From the NCBI GenBank assembly GCA_965223295.1, contig CBDCWC010000003.1, positions 128,001-192,000 of the forward strand: a stretch of DNA of 64,000 nucleotides, given 5' to 3'. Within the stretch, counting starts at the first letter, position 1, and the number at the start of each line of letters is the position of its first letter. Shown here piece after piece: positions 26,547 to 37,474 of the stretch. A program made the position numbers and the translations under genes. The DNA comes from Nitrospirales bacterium (GTDB lineage Bacteria > Nitrospirota > Nitrospiria > Nitrospirales > UBA8639). A model generated the notes under the pieces. The model was given only the letters and a program-made list of their open reading frames with translations. It did not search any database and was not told where the DNA came from.

Positions 26547-27881
26547 TTAGGGTTCCAATAAACCAGAGAGGAGTGTAGCAAGGCCCAAGAAGCTAAAAAA
26601 TCCCACGACATCGGTGACCGTCGTGAGAACAATCGAAGAAGATTGAGCAGGGTCCTGTTTCATGGCTTTTAACGCAATAGGAATAATGGCTCCGGATAAC
26701 CCTGCAATCACCATCGACACAACCATCGACAATCCGATAATAAGGGTTAGGCCCAACGAACGACTCCAAATCGCAACAGCAAGACAGGCCGTGGCAGAAA
26801 CCGCCAATCCATTCAAAAACGCCACGTATACTTCTTTCCCACTGACACGTAACCATTGAGAAGGTCGAATATCCCGCAACGCAAGCCCCCGAATCACAAC
26901 CGCTAAGGATTGCGCTCCCGTATTGCCGGATTGTCCAGCCACGACAGGGAGTAACACAGCCAGCGCGGTGAATTTCGCAATGGTGCCCTCAAACATTCCC
27001 ACGACAAACGCGGCGAAAAAAGCTGTGACCAAATTCAACTGCAACCACGGCAATCGCTTCCGAACCGAAAACCATACAGGGGACAACGCCCGCTCGTCCT
27101 TATTGGCTCCGACCATGGTCAACAAGTCGGCACTGGCATCTTCCTGACTTGCTTTAATAATATCTTCGTTCCGCACAACCCCTAACAGCCGATTATCCAG
27201 GTCAACCACGGGAATCGTGAAGAAATGGCGTTCACCGAATAGCTCAACAATTTCGTCACGAGGTTCTAGGGGATGGATGGTGGGCAAATCGGGACTCATG
27301 ACGGCTTGCAATTTTTCATCAGGGTCAACGAGCAACAAATCCCGCACGGAGAACTTCCCGACCAGTTTTTGATGGCGATCGATCACATAGACATCATGCA
27401 CATCCTTCTGAGCACGCGACCGCACATGCAGCATTGCATCGCGGACCGTGATTTCTTCCTGTAACACAAAAAATTTCGGATCCATGATGCTGCCAACTGA
27501 CTCTGGCGGATACGTCATATACGATCGAATTTCTTCGGCATACCGCTCCGGCACGCGAAATAAAATGGCGCGCTGGAGATCTTCATCCAACCGTTGAAAC
27601 AGCGTGGCCGCTAGCACAGGCGACATATGCGGAATCACTTGCTTGAGCATATCGGTGGGCATCAAGGAGAGAGCATCAGCCGCGATAGGTGGAGTAATAC
27701 TCGAGAGAAGATTGGCCGAATTTTTCGCGCTCGTTCCCTGCAAGACCCGCAAGATATCTGCAGCGGGATAGGCTTCTAATATTCGAGCCGCATCCTGATG
27801 ATGCTTATGAAAAAAAGCTTCATTTAAGATATGGGTTCCGCTTCGCCGAACTGCGGTCGTGTCAACGGCAGGGTTACTCAT
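26547..27881 (-). CDS. mgtE: Magnesium transporter MgtE
   Basis: MgtE-N, CBS pair, TM domain with KRLPWL, PVVAGQSGNTGAQS, QDPAQSS...TTVTDVVGF. Confidence 0.93.
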   Translation of the reverse strand: MSNPAVDTTAVRRSGTHILNEAFFHKHHQDAARILEAYPAADILRVLQGTSAKNSANLLSSITPPIAADALSLMPTDMLKQVIPHMSPVLAATLFQRLDEDLQRAILFRVPERYAEEIRSYMTYPPESVGSIMDPKFFVLQEEITVRDAMLHVRSRAQKDVHDVYVIDRHQKLVGKFSVRDLLLVDPDEKLQAVMSPDLPTIHPLEPRDEIVELFGERHFFTIPVVDLDNRLLGVVRNEDIIKASQEDASADLLTMVGANKDERALSPVWFSVRKRLPWLQLNLVTAFFAAFVVGMFEGTIAKFTALAVLLPVVAGQSGNTGAQSLAVVIRGLALRDIRPSQWLRVSGKEVYVAFLNGLAVSATACLAVAIWSRSLGLTLIIGLSMVVSMVIAGLSGAIIPIALKAMKQDPAQSSSIVLTTVTDVVGFFSFLGLATLLSGLLEP

Positions 27882-28714
27882 TAGACATTCTTCCGTTCAT
27901 GAAGCGTCTGGGCAACATCGGTCATTAATCGAATCCCAGTGATGGAATAGGCTTCCCATAGTTGCATCAGCGAGTCGCTTACAGTCCCGAGGGGCGCCTT
28001 CCCTTCGACATCTTTTTCAATCCGGCGCAGCATACGATACCGCAAAGCTCCAAAAAACGTTCCCCACCGATCCACGACTGGCAGGGTATGAAACCGGCTC
28101 CATTCTGGATGTTTGATGATTTCCTCTAGGTTTGCTTCGGCAGACAATGTGGTGATTTGGCTTTCCATCAGCGTTCCCACTAAATGCGCAGTGGTATTCA
28201 CCAACAATTGTCTGAGCGTCACCACGCCTTCTAATTTACCGTCGCGATCAATGACATAAATATAATACATGGCTTTCTGCCCATAGGTTCGAATCCGGGA
28301 GAGCGCTTCATCCACCGGAATATCAGGTGGAAGCGTAAAGACCTGGGGATCAGCCAAACTTCCAGCCGTATTAGGAGAATACCGCAAGGCCCGGCGGAGC
28401 GTCGCCCCCATGGAATTATCCAAGCCTTCTAAAATGTCAAAACGAGTTGTCTCATCGAACTGACGTAGAATACCAATGGCTGATGTGGCATTCATCACCC
28501 CTAAGACCTTTGCGCTGAGCTCTTTGGGCAGTTCTTCCAAAATTTTGGCCGTCGATACGGGCAAGCTATGCTCTAAAACGTTGGCAATTTCTTCAGCATC
28601 TAAAACAGCTAAAAGTGCGCCAGCTTCCTGCGGGCCCAAGGATTCAAGGTGTTTGGCCGCTTCGACGGGATGGGCATGAAAATATCCCAGGGTGAGGTGA
28701 TGTTCGAGTTCCAT
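27881..28714 (-). CDS. Soluble MgtE-N plus CBS protein lacking the TM domain
   Basis: MgtE-N-like helical repeats, LRYSPNTAGSL, YYIYVIDRDGKLEGVVTLRQLL, LPVVD; stop overlaps the mgtE start. Confidence 0.85.
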   Translation of the reverse strand: MELEHHLTLGYFHAHPVEAAKHLESLGPQEAGALLAVLDAEEIANVLEHSLPVSTAKILEELPKELSAKVLGVMNATSAIGILRQFDETTRFDILEGLDNSMGATLRRALRYSPNTAGSLADPQVFTLPPDIPVDEALSRIRTYGQKAMYYIYVIDRDGKLEGVVTLRQLLVNTTAHLVGTLMESQITTLSAEANLEEIIKHPEWSRFHTLPVVDRWGTFFGALRYRMLRRIEKDVEGKAPLGTVSDSLMQLWEAYSITGIRLMTDVAQTLHERKNV

Positions 28715-28716
28715 AC

Positions 28717-29565
28717 TTATTGTTCCGGATGCGTGATCACCGCAGTAGACTCAGAAAACTGGGAAGCCGGAATGATCACTCTCCCTTCTTTCGTTTCCAA
28801 CACGACTGAAATCGGGGTAATCGACACAACCGTCCCTTGGGTGTCTCCGACCTTCACCGCCATTCCAACCCGGACAACAGATCCCAAATAATGAGCCGCA
28901 ATTAAATTGGCGACCGCACTGCGGGAACCCAGACCAAAAGACAGGGCTGCGCCACCAATAAGCCCAGCCAACAAAATCACAATTGTGCTATTGAGCAATT
29001 CCGTATCGATCCCTAACGCATCAATAGCCGTCACCACGATGAGTAAGACCACAGCAACATAAACAGCTTGCGCCACCATGGTGCCATGTGTGATACCTGC
29101 CGAACTGCAGGTCATGGTAATGAGTTCCCTCACAAAATTGGCCGCAATCAATCCCAGAATCAGCACTAAGACGGCAATGCCTACCTTGGGGATATAATGG
29201 GCAATGCCGGTCAACGCATCAGACACCATAGATAAACCTAGAGTGTCGGATGCCTTAATCAAAAACACTAGAAAGATAATCCAAAATCCAATCAAGCCAA
29301 GAATTTCGGAAGATTTCTGCTTCGTTCCAGACCGCTCTAACAACGTTTGAATGGCTGTGCGGCTGAGTAGCCGATCAAACCCCATCAACTGCAGCAAGCG
29401 TATGGCAGCAATGGACACGACTCTCGCGAGAAAATACCCAAACCCCAGCAACATCAGCGCCAAAATAATGGCCGGCAAAAAATCTAGAATTTGATTAAGG
29501 CTCGCGGTGACCGCTTCCACCAGCCCTTCCCACCACCCGGCCAATGTCACACCTTTTTCTTCCAT
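28717..29565 (-). CDS. MscS-related small-conductance mechanosensitive channel family (TM-helix repeat, CmpX-like)
   Basis: Repeated FLPAIILA / YIPKVGIA segments; ALSFGLGSRSAVANLIA; short beta domain VGMAVKVGDTQGTV. Confidence 0.8.
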   Translation of the reverse strand: MEEKGVTLAGWWEGLVEAVTASLNQILDFLPAIILALMLLGFGYFLARVVSIAAIRLLQLMGFDRLLSRTAIQTLLERSGTKQKSSEILGLIGFWIIFLVFLIKASDTLGLSMVSDALTGIAHYIPKVGIAVLVLILGLIAANFVRELITMTCSSAGITHGTMVAQAVYVAVVLLIVVTAIDALGIDTELLNSTIVILLAGLIGGAALSFGLGSRSAVANLIAAHYLGSVVRVGMAVKVGDTQGTVVSITPISVVLETKEGRVIIPASQFSESTAVITHPEQ

Positions 29566-29695
29566 GAGAATAAGAACCCTTGTCTATCGAGTGCCTTAGA
29601 ACAATGCCACTAATAATTGTGACCTGATGTTTTTACCCCATGTCTCATCATAGTCTCCTGCTTAGTATGCCGCAACAGGCTTATGGAATTAGCAA

Positions 29696-29892
29696 GAGTC
29701 TGTTGAAAAAAGCCACCGCCTACTCCGCCGGAGTAACTCAGTAGGTTACGAAGGCCGGGAGCGGCGTTCCCTGCCTTCGCCGAAGCGGCTTCGCGCAGGA
29801 GAGCGGACTTTTTGAACAGACCCAGCGCTGTTGATCGCTAAGGGTGTGATGGCGAAATATGGCCTTTGATATCCTCATTATTCAACACTCCC
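29696..29892 (+). mobile_element. MITE copy 7 (197 bp, modules A and B, central deletion)
   Basis: GAGTCTGTTGAA...TTCAACACTCCC; perfect TSD AGCAA at 29691-29695 and 29893-29897. Confidence 0.9.
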
Positions 29893-29942
29893 AGCAATCA
29901 TTTTCGCGATGAGCCTTAGCATGTCTTTAGAAAAGAACAGAC

Positions 29943-32225
29943 TCAACACAACGACGCATTCTCATTTCGACGCACAGCAGAAACCCGTCGCCGCCGTTCC
30001 TTCAAGATCACTTGAGAAAAGTCCTTGACGTCTGGAGCTTTGAGCCATGTTGTCAAATCCCTGGTCAATCTTAAACGCCACGAGGGATACGCAGAATCTG
30101 ATGCCCCAGGTAAATTTGGCGTATCCAGCTCACCCAACAAATCTTCCAATTGAACCATCAGTAAACGTGAAGGAGCTCGCGCGATAAACTGATACACCAA
30201 TTTCATCTGCTCATGGGAAAGACTGGACGGAAGTGCATCGGATCCTACCAACCCATTTCGATACAAGGCTTCCCATAACGCATATCGGTCTGCTTTTCGA
30301 GTCTCAAGATCTCGTGTCCAGTCTTCTTCTAACGGGTAGAGCTTCGCCTCCGCCTTCACGCCGATATCGCGTCCAGCCCAATATCCCTTAAGCGTGGGAA
30401 GATCATGTGTTGTGACTGCCGCCAGTGCCTGTGCCGGAAATTGAGAAGGTGCATGAAACGCTCCATGACGATCCCGCTCAAAAAATAACAATCGATAGGA
30501 AAGAATTCCTGCCTCTTCCAATTTCCCTCGAATAACAGGTGTGACCGTCCCTAAATCTTCACCAACCACCATCACCTTATGACGAACACTTTCTAAGGCT
30601 AGCACCGCTAACATTTCATCCACGTAGGTTTTGACATACAGACCTTCAAGCCCACTCTTCCCGAACGGAATCCAAAGCATGCGAAACAATCCCAGCGCAT
30701 GATCAATGCGCAAAACCCCGCCATGCCTCATGTTTTGGCTGAGCGTTTGACGAAAAAAATCATACTGATGCTTTCGCAGCACATGAGGATTTGGAGCCAG
30801 CAACCCCCAGTTTTGCCCTTGCAGGTTAAACGAATCTGGCGGCGCGCCAATGGTGGCATCCTGTCCCAATTGTTCTATAAAGTTCCAGGCATCCGCTCCA
30901 TCAGGGTGAACACCCACCGGCAAGTCATGATAGAGCCCTAAGCAGAGCGATGCCTTCTGTGCCACTTGATCCAATCGAGTCAACTGTAACTCACACAACC
31001 ATTGCACATAATAAAAATAGTAAAGGCGATCGGTATGCTCATGTTTAAATCGCTCAACGGCGGAAGAGGTTGACGCTTGAAATTCTCGAGGCCATTGCCG
31101 CCATGACGCACCTTGGAAATATTCACGGAGGCACTGGTACGTACAAAAATTCATTAAGTAAGAAGGACTTTGTTTAACAAATCGAAGAAATGATCGAGCA
31201 CGCGGCGTCCCTGCTTTAAGATGAATCCGCTTAAAAACGCGATACATATCTTCCAGAACTGACAGCTTTACATGCTCAACCGCGTCATAGTCTACGAGAC
31301 GGCTGGACCGCAGAGCCTTCAACAACCCTTGAAACTTCTTTGTCTTGGCCATGCGTTGCAATTTTGCTGAGGCACGAAATTCGGCTACTTGCTCCAAATT
31401 TAAATACAACGGATTCCAACAGAGTCGACTGGACGGCGAGTACGGACTTCGGAGGCCCGGGGTTAAACTATGAAGCGGCTGTAGACCAATCGTCGACGCT
31501 TTCAACGTTTTCCCGGCCGTTTTCATGATGCGTTCCAAATCGCGAAAATCCCCAATGCCCCAATTATCGCAAGAACGCACACCATAGAGTTGTACCCCAA
31601 TTCCCCATGCCTTCTTTGACTGTCGAGGAAGATAACAGCGCCGGGGAGCCGCAATCACAAAACTCTGCACTTCCAACAGACGAGACCCAAGACTGATGGC
31701 AAGGTGTAGTTCGTAATATCCTAAACGAAGGCGCTCGTGCACACTGACCTGAATTCGCACATAGCGAAAACCTCGAATCTGATTTTCTTCAAGCAAGACA
31801 CAGGACGATCCTTTCACACGAAAGGATCGAACTTTCCCTTGTTCATCTTTCAGACCACATTGGAGTGAGATAGTCTCAAAAGCCTCATTTCCTAACGGAA
31901 GCGCCAGCGTAAAGCACAAGGGAGTACGCGCTTCTACATAGTGCAAGAGCACGGGCTCGATTACTTGAGTCCACTGTTTTTCTTGAATGCATACCCACTC
32001 CCGGTGAATATCTGCATCAGAAACAACGTGAATACCTAACGCCCGCAATATGCTGTGAATGTCATCATCCTTGGCCTGATGCCGCTGTTCCCTTCCATCC
32101 ACATAATCACATTCCACACCAACGGCCTCTGCTAGTCGGCGCAAATCATTATCTGAAGAAATCATCTGGCAATTCTGAGCAGATTCAGAATGACTCGTCT
32201 TTCTTTCTGCGACTTCAACCATCAT
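29943..32225 (-). CDS. malQ: 4-alpha-glucanotransferase (GH77)
   Basis: WGIGDFRDL, SPYSPSSR, YHDLPVG, GAPPDSFN..GQNWG, RIDHALG, GEDLG, TTHDLPT. Confidence 0.95.
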   Translation of the reverse strand: MMVEVAERKTSHSESAQNCQMISSDNDLRRLAEAVGVECDYVDGREQRHQAKDDDIHSILRALGIHVVSDADIHREWVCIQEKQWTQVIEPVLLHYVEARTPLCFTLALPLGNEAFETISLQCGLKDEQGKVRSFRVKGSSCVLLEENQIRGFRYVRIQVSVHERLRLGYYELHLAISLGSRLLEVQSFVIAAPRRCYLPRQSKKAWGIGVQLYGVRSCDNWGIGDFRDLERIMKTAGKTLKASTIGLQPLHSLTPGLRSPYSPSSRLCWNPLYLNLEQVAEFRASAKLQRMAKTKKFQGLLKALRSSRLVDYDAVEHVKLSVLEDMYRVFKRIHLKAGTPRARSFLRFVKQSPSYLMNFCTYQCLREYFQGASWRQWPREFQASTSSAVERFKHEHTDRLYYFYYVQWLCELQLTRLDQVAQKASLCLGLYHDLPVGVHPDGADAWNFIEQLGQDATIGAPPDSFNLQGQNWGLLAPNPHVLRKHQYDFFRQTLSQNMRHGGVLRIDHALGLFRMLWIPFGKSGLEGLYVKTYVDEMLAVLALESVRHKVMVVGEDLGTVTPVIRGKLEEAGILSYRLLFFERDRHGAFHAPSQFPAQALAAVTTHDLPTLKGYWAGRDIGVKAEAKLYPLEEDWTRDLETRKADRYALWEALYRNGLVGSDALPSSLSHEQMKLVYQFIARAPSRLLMVQLEDLLGELDTPNLPGASDSAYPSWRLRLTRDLTTWLKAPDVKDFSQVILKERRRRVSAVRRNENASLC

Positions 32226-32634
32226 AGAGTTGTGAATGAATTAGGAGAGAGGGTGGGGGATGAAATCCTACTCCTAAATTCCAGAAAAATAACAGGATTT
32301 ACAAGTTTTACACTCTTTTGAGATACCATAAATAGGACGTTAGGGCAAGAAAAAACCCTTACACAGTTACCAGAGTATTATTTCAAGCTTCACAAGGAAC
32401 TTAATCACCATGGCGGACAAGAAAACTGACCAAGATGTAGATACTCTTACGCCTCAGAAACATCATTCTGGCTGCCATAGCAAACCGACATATTCTACTA
32501 GTCCCAATTGGTCATTGGTAAAAATGTGTCATTCGTTTTACAATAACCTAGAAGAAAACATTGCAACCCAAACTTCACGGAACACCAACATCCACGAAAA
32601 TTCTGGCAAATCACTTTAACAACAAGGAGGCATT

Positions 32635-32871
32635 ATGGATTCAGATACACGAGTCATCCTTTGCGGAGGGTTAGCACTAGTCACCGGCATTTTATTAGGA
32701 ACAGGGCTAGGCCTCTTAATGGCCCCACAAACGGGCCGACGAACACGCAGACAAATTAAAAACTACATCCACGACACGACCGACCGTATGAACGACATGG
32801 CGGGAGAAACCAAAGACCGAATGTCCGAATTCATGGACAAAGGCAAACGCTTCGTCGAAGACCGGATTTAA
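32635..32871 (+). CDS. YtxH-domain protein
   Basis: GILLGTGLGLLMAPQTGRRTRRQI; SD AAGGAGG. Confidence 0.85.
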   Translation: MDSDTRVILCGGLALVTGILLGTGLGLLMAPQTGRRTRRQIKNYIHDTTDRMNDMAGETKDRMSEFMDKGKRFVEDRI

Positions 32872-32940
32872 CACAGAATAGGATGCTTATATCTTAACAG
32901 CAGCGCCATCGCTACAAATGTAGTATGGCGCTCTTTATCA

Positions 32941-32978
32941 GGGGTCAGACTCGAATTAATTAATTCGAGTCTGACCCC
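32941..32978. repeat. Perfect 38-bp REP-like palindrome (copy 1)
   Basis: GGGGTCAGACTCGAATTAATTAATTCGAGTCTGACCCC equals its own reverse complement. Confidence 0.9.
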
Positions 32979-33005
32979 TAAATTAAAAAGTTATTCATGC
33001 GCGCG

Positions 33006-35129
33006 TTAAGCACGCAGGCGCATGAGGGCCATGGCGCGGCCTTCGACTTCATAGATCTTCCCGCCTCGCCAGGTTTTTGGAATATTCTTATCATTAGTCG
33101 TCGCCGTATCAAAGACCCATTCCCACGCGACACCCTTTTTATGAGCAGGCAAGGTAAACGTCACAGGCTCATGATAGGCATTAAGTAATAATAAAAACGA
33201 ATCATCAATAATCGGATTCCCGAGTTCATCCATTTCTTCAATGGCGTCACCAGCCAATCGAATCCCTAACGTTAACAGACCTTTGTCCCAATCTTCTTCG
33301 GTCATTTCTTTGCCATCGCTGCCAAACCAGGCTATATCTTTGACTTCAGAATCTTTAATCTGTTTGCCTTGAAAAAATCGCCGCCGATGAAACACGGGAT
33401 GTTCCTTTTTTATAGCAATCAGCTGTTTCACAAATTCCAAAAGTTCAAGTTGCGTCTTCGTCAGATTCCAATCAAACCAGCTAATATCATTATCTTGGCA
33501 ATAGGCGTTATTGTTGCCTCCCTGTGTGCGCCCAATCTCATCTCCCCCACAAATCATGGGCACGCCTTGAGATAACAATAAGGTTGCGAAAAAATTCCGC
33601 TTTTGACGATCCCGCAATTGCTGGATGGCAGGATCGTCTGTTGGCCCTTCCGCCCCGCAATTCCAACTATCATTGTCATCTGTGCCATCCCGGTTGCCTT
33701 CTTGATTCGCGTCATTATGCTTCTGGTCATAGGACACTAAATCCGTGAGGGTAAATCCATCATGCGCGGTCACAAAGTTAATACTGGCATAGGGTTGCCG
33801 CCCACTTCGGCCATAGAGATCACTACTCCCGGCCAACCGCGAAGCAAACTCCCCGAGCAACCCGCTGCCGCCTTTCCAAAATCCTCGAACCACATCCCGG
33901 TATTTTCCGTTCCATTCGGCCCACCCCGGCGGAAAATTCCCGACTTGATAGCCCCCCTCGCCTAAATCCCAGGGTTCAGCAATAAGTTTCACTTGAGACA
34001 AAATTGGGTCTTGATGAATAATATCGAAAAAAGCACTCAGCCGATCCACATCATGAAGCTCACGCGCTAATGTCGAAGCCAAGTCGAAACGAAACCCATC
34101 GACGTGCATATCACAAACCCAATAGCGCAAACTATCCATAATCATCTGCAAGGTTCTGGGATGTCTCACATTAAGCGTATTGCCGCATCCTGTGTAATCC
34201 ATGTAGTAGCGGGGATCATCTGGCGACAACCGGTAATAGGCCGCATTATCAATGCCCCTAAAAGACAGGGTAGGGCCGAGATGATTCCCTTCGCCCGTAT
34301 GGTTATACACCACATCTAAGATCACTTCGATGCCCGCGCTATGCAGTGTTTTGACCATTGTCTTAAACTCATATACTTTCCGGCCTTCCCGCGGAAAGGC
34401 TGAGTATCGAATATCGGGTGCAAAGTACCCGATGGAGTTATATCCCCAATAATTGTTGAGCCCCTTTTCTACGAGGAATTGATCATTTACAAAATGGTGT
34501 ACGGGTAGGAGCTCGACCGCCGTCACACCTAGTGATTGCAAATGGGCAATCATTGGAGGAGAAGCCAATCCTTCATAGGTCCCTCGAAGGCGTTCAGGCA
34601 CATCGGGATGATTCATCGTAAAGCCTCTGACATGCACTTCATAAATCACCGTCTGCGCCCATGGGATTTGTAGCAACCGGTCATTCCCCCAAGAAAAAGA
34701 CTGATCAACAACCATACACTTAGGCACATTGCCCGCATTGTTCCGTTCATCTATGGATAAATCCGCGTCGGATTGTCCTATTTGATAGCCAAACATGGCA
34801 TCCGACCATTTCACCGTGCCCGTAATCGCTTTGGCATAAGGATCAATGAGGAGCTTGTATGGATTAAAACGATGCCCAGCGGATGGATCATACGGGCCAT
34901 GCACGCGATAGCCATATAAATGTCCCGGCCTGACTTCCGGAAGATAGACATGCCACACCAAATCCGTACATTCTTCCATGGGTAAACGAACGGTCTCCCG
35001 CTGTTGATGTTCGGAATCAAACAAACAGAGGTCTACACCTGTGGCGTTTTCCGAGAACAACGCAAAATTCACGCCTTCACCATCCCACGTTGCCCCCAAA
35101 GGATACGGACGTCCCGGCCGTTGTCTCAT
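33006..35129 (-). CDS. glgX: Glycogen debranching enzyme (isoamylase, GH13)
   Basis: [61 protein letters not shown]; start ATG 35129. Confidence 0.96.
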   Translation of the reverse strand: MRQRPGRPYPLGATWDGEGVNFALFSENATGVDLCLFDSEHQQRETVRLPMEECTDLVWHVYLPEVRPGHLYGYRVHGPYDPSAGHRFNPYKLLIDPYAKAITGTVKWSDAMFGYQIGQSDADLSIDERNNAGNVPKCMVVDQSFSWGNDRLLQIPWAQTVIYEVHVRGFTMNHPDVPERLRGTYEGLASPPMIAHLQSLGVTAVELLPVHHFVNDQFLVEKGLNNYWGYNSIGYFAPDIRYSAFPREGRKVYEFKTMVKTLHSAGIEVILDVVYNHTGEGNHLGPTLSFRGIDNAAYYRLSPDDPRYYMDYTGCGNTLNVRHPRTLQMIMDSLRYWVCDMHVDGFRFDLASTLARELHDVDRLSAFFDIIHQDPILSQVKLIAEPWDLGEGGYQVGNFPPGWAEWNGKYRDVVRGFWKGGSGLLGEFASRLAGSSDLYGRSGRQPYASINFVTAHDGFTLTDLVSYDQKHNDANQEGNRDGTDDNDSWNCGAEGPTDDPAIQQLRDRQKRNFFATLLLSQGVPMICGGDEIGRTQGGNNNAYCQDNDISWFDWNLTKTQLELLEFVKQLIAIKKEHPVFHRRRFFQGKQIKDSEVKDIAWFGSDGKEMTEEDWDKGLLTLGIRLAGDAIEEMDELGNPIIDDSFLLLLNAYHEPVTFTLPAHKKGVAWEWVFDTATTNDKNIPKTWRGGKIYEVEGRAMALMRLRA

Positions 35130-35317
35130 CGCGATTGCTCCTTCACCATTCAAACGCCACAGGGCACTCACTTCACCATTCCGTGCCCATCAAACTTCAA
35201 GCCTACCCTGCATTGTTACGGTAACAGGCTCTCCCGATACAAGAAAGACCTAAAACAATTCTCTGCTCAATATTTTTCGCATGCCCACCGTGACGTACAA
35301 GAAAAGCATGCTAGAAT

Positions 35318-35508
35318 GGGGCTGTTGAAAAAAGCCACCAGCGGCGTTCTCGCCATTTTTCCGTGCTCACGTAATACTAGTACGCTCCGCGCGCAGAATT
35401 GGCTGCGGCCTTGCTGGACGGACTTTTTTGAACCGCTCCAAAGCTTTTGGTATCCGATATAATCCTGAGCAAATTTGCCTCTGACGTTTTGTATTATTCA
35501 ACACTCCA
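35318..35508 (+). mobile_element. MITE copy 8 (191 bp)
   Basis: GGGGCTGTTGAA...TTCAACACTCCA; flanks AGAAT and ACAAT (1 mismatch). Confidence 0.88.
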
Positions 35509-35562
35509 ACAATAATTCTTCCACGTTAACGAAAAATCTCTCTAAAACATTCTTTGAAAGTC

Positions 35563-37458
35563 ATGCCACGTCGAACCACTCCACCTCTCTCGTCTTCCCC
35601 ACGCAACCCACCGCTCGGGGCCGTCGTCACCGGCCCGTCACAGGTCACCTTCCGAGCCTGGGCTCCGTGGGTGAAAACACTTTCGGTAAAAATTTTGGGC
35701 CATCAACCGGAAGTCGTGACGATGCAGCCTCAACCTTACGGGTATTGTGAGACAACTGTAGCCAACATTGGCGCAGGGACTCGCTACCAATATCTTCTCC
35801 ATGAAAAACTTACCCGACCAGACCCAGCCTCTCGCTTTCAACCTGAAGGGGTACATGGCCCCTCAGAGGTTGTCGATCCTTCGGCTTTTCCCTGGACCGA
35901 CCACGCATGGAAAGGGCTGCCGCTCTCGGACTACATCATCTATGAACTCCATCCTGGCACCTTCACCAAATCCGGGACCTTTGACGGCATCATTCCCCTC
36001 TTACCTTATTTACGCGATACCGTCGGTATCACCGCGATTGAACTCATGCCCATTGCCCAATTTCCAGGATCCAGGAATTGGGGCTATGACGGCACCTATC
36101 TGTTCGCTCCGCAAAATAGTTATGGCGGGCCACAAGAACTCCATCGCCTGATCAACGCCTGCCATTCGGCAGGACTCGCGGTAGTCTTGGATGTGGTCTA
36201 TAACCATCTCGGGCCCGAAGGCAACTACTGGGGAGACTTTGGCCCCTTTTTCACAGATCACTATCGTACTCCATGGGGTAGCGCCATCAACTACGATGGG
36301 CCGCATAGTGACGCTGTGCGAGATTTTATCATTTCCAATGCCGTGTATTGGACACGCGACTTCCATATTGATGCCCTTCGACTGGATGCCATCCATGGCA
36401 TCTACGATGCCAGTGCCTCGCATATCCTGAAAGACCTAACCAGCGCCGTTCATGCCGCGGCCAAACAAGAAGACCGATCCGTATGGGTTATCGCCGAAAG
36501 TGATTGGAACGACAGCAAACTCATCACGCCCCCATCAAAAAGTGGCCTTGGCCTAGATGCTCAATGGAACGACGACTTCCACCATGCGCTCCATGCAGCA
36601 ATGACCGGCGAGCGAAACGGCTACTATCAGGATTTTGGCTCACTCGATCATGTGGCCACGGCCTTTCGGAAACATTTTGTGATCTCTGGACACTACTCTC
36701 ATCATCGGCACCGCCGTCATGGCAATTCTGCGGCACACCTGTCGCCTGAAAAATTTGTCGTGTTTACACAAAACCATGACCAAATCGGCAACCGTGCGCA
36801 GGGGGACCGGCTTTCAACGCTCATCCCAATGGCCGCGCAACAAGTGGCCATCGCATCGGTGCTGCTTTCTCCGTTTATCCCACTTCTGTTCATGGGCGAA
36901 GAATATGGAGAACAGGCTCCGTTTCAGTATTTTATTGACCATGGCGATCTGGGTTTAATAGAAGCCGTCCGGAAAGGCCGGTTAGCCGAATTCAAACCCT
37001 TTGGCTGGAAAAACATCCCTGATCCTTATGATGTGGCGACGTTTGATGCTTCTCGCCTCACTCCACTCGACAGCCATACTGAAACACACCAACGCATGGC
37101 AGCTTGGACCTCTAAGCTTATCGCCTTACGAAAACAACATGCGTCGTTAGACACCGGAGTCAAAGGCCATCAGCTCCGCGTCTGGGTCAATCCGTCCAAA
37201 ACCATCCTTACCCTCTACCGAAAAAACCCCGAAGCCGAAGCCATGCTGCTCATCCTGGGATTCAACGACCAGCCCACTTTACTCACACTTTCCCAACCCA
37301 AAGGCCAATGGTCTCTCTTGTTAGACAACAGCCACCCCGACTTTGTTGAATCCATCAAAGACCCAACAACGCAAGCTCTAAAAGAAATAGATCTGACCTC
37401 GGGCAAACAAGCCTTCACCCTTCCCTCTTTCTCTGCCTGGATCTACACACAAGCCTAG
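35563..37458 (+). CDS. treZ: Malto-oligosyltrehalose trehalohydrolase
   Basis: PDPASRFQPEGVHGPS, RNWGYDG, DVVYNHLGPEGNY, LRLDAIH, QNHDQIGNRAQGDRL. Confidence 0.95.
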   Translation: MPRRTTPPLSSSPRNPPLGAVVTGPSQVTFRAWAPWVKTLSVKILGHQPEVVTMQPQPYGYCETTVANIGAGTRYQYLLHEKLTRPDPASRFQPEGVHGPSEVVDPSAFPWTDHAWKGLPLSDYIIYELHPGTFTKSGTFDGIIPLLPYLRDTVGITAIELMPIAQFPGSRNWGYDGTYLFAPQNSYGGPQELHRLINACHSAGLAVVLDVVYNHLGPEGNYWGDFGPFFTDHYRTPWGSAINYDGPHSDAVRDFIISNAVYWTRDFHIDALRLDAIHGIYDASASHILKDLTSAVHAAAKQEDRSVWVIAESDWNDSKLITPPSKSGLGLDAQWNDDFHHALHAAMTGERNGYYQDFGSLDHVATAFRKHFVISGHYSHHRHRRHGNSAAHLSPEKFVVFTQNHDQIGNRAQGDRLSTLIPMAAQQVAIASVLLSPFIPLLFMGEEYGEQAPFQYFIDHGDLGLIEAVRKGRLAEFKPFGWKNIPDPYDVATFDASRLTPLDSHTETHQRMAAWTSKLIALRKQHASLDTGVKGHQLRVWVNPSKTILTLYRKNPEAEAMLLILGFNDQPTLLTLSQPKGQWSLLLDNSHPDFVESIKDPTTQALKEIDLTSGKQAFTLPSFSAWIYTQA

Positions 37459-37474
37459 ACTCGCTGAAGTAGAT

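Noticed and set aside
32410-32619. 69-aa ORF upstream of the ytxH-like gene
   Set aside because: No recognisable motif and a weak SD; not supportable as a gene.
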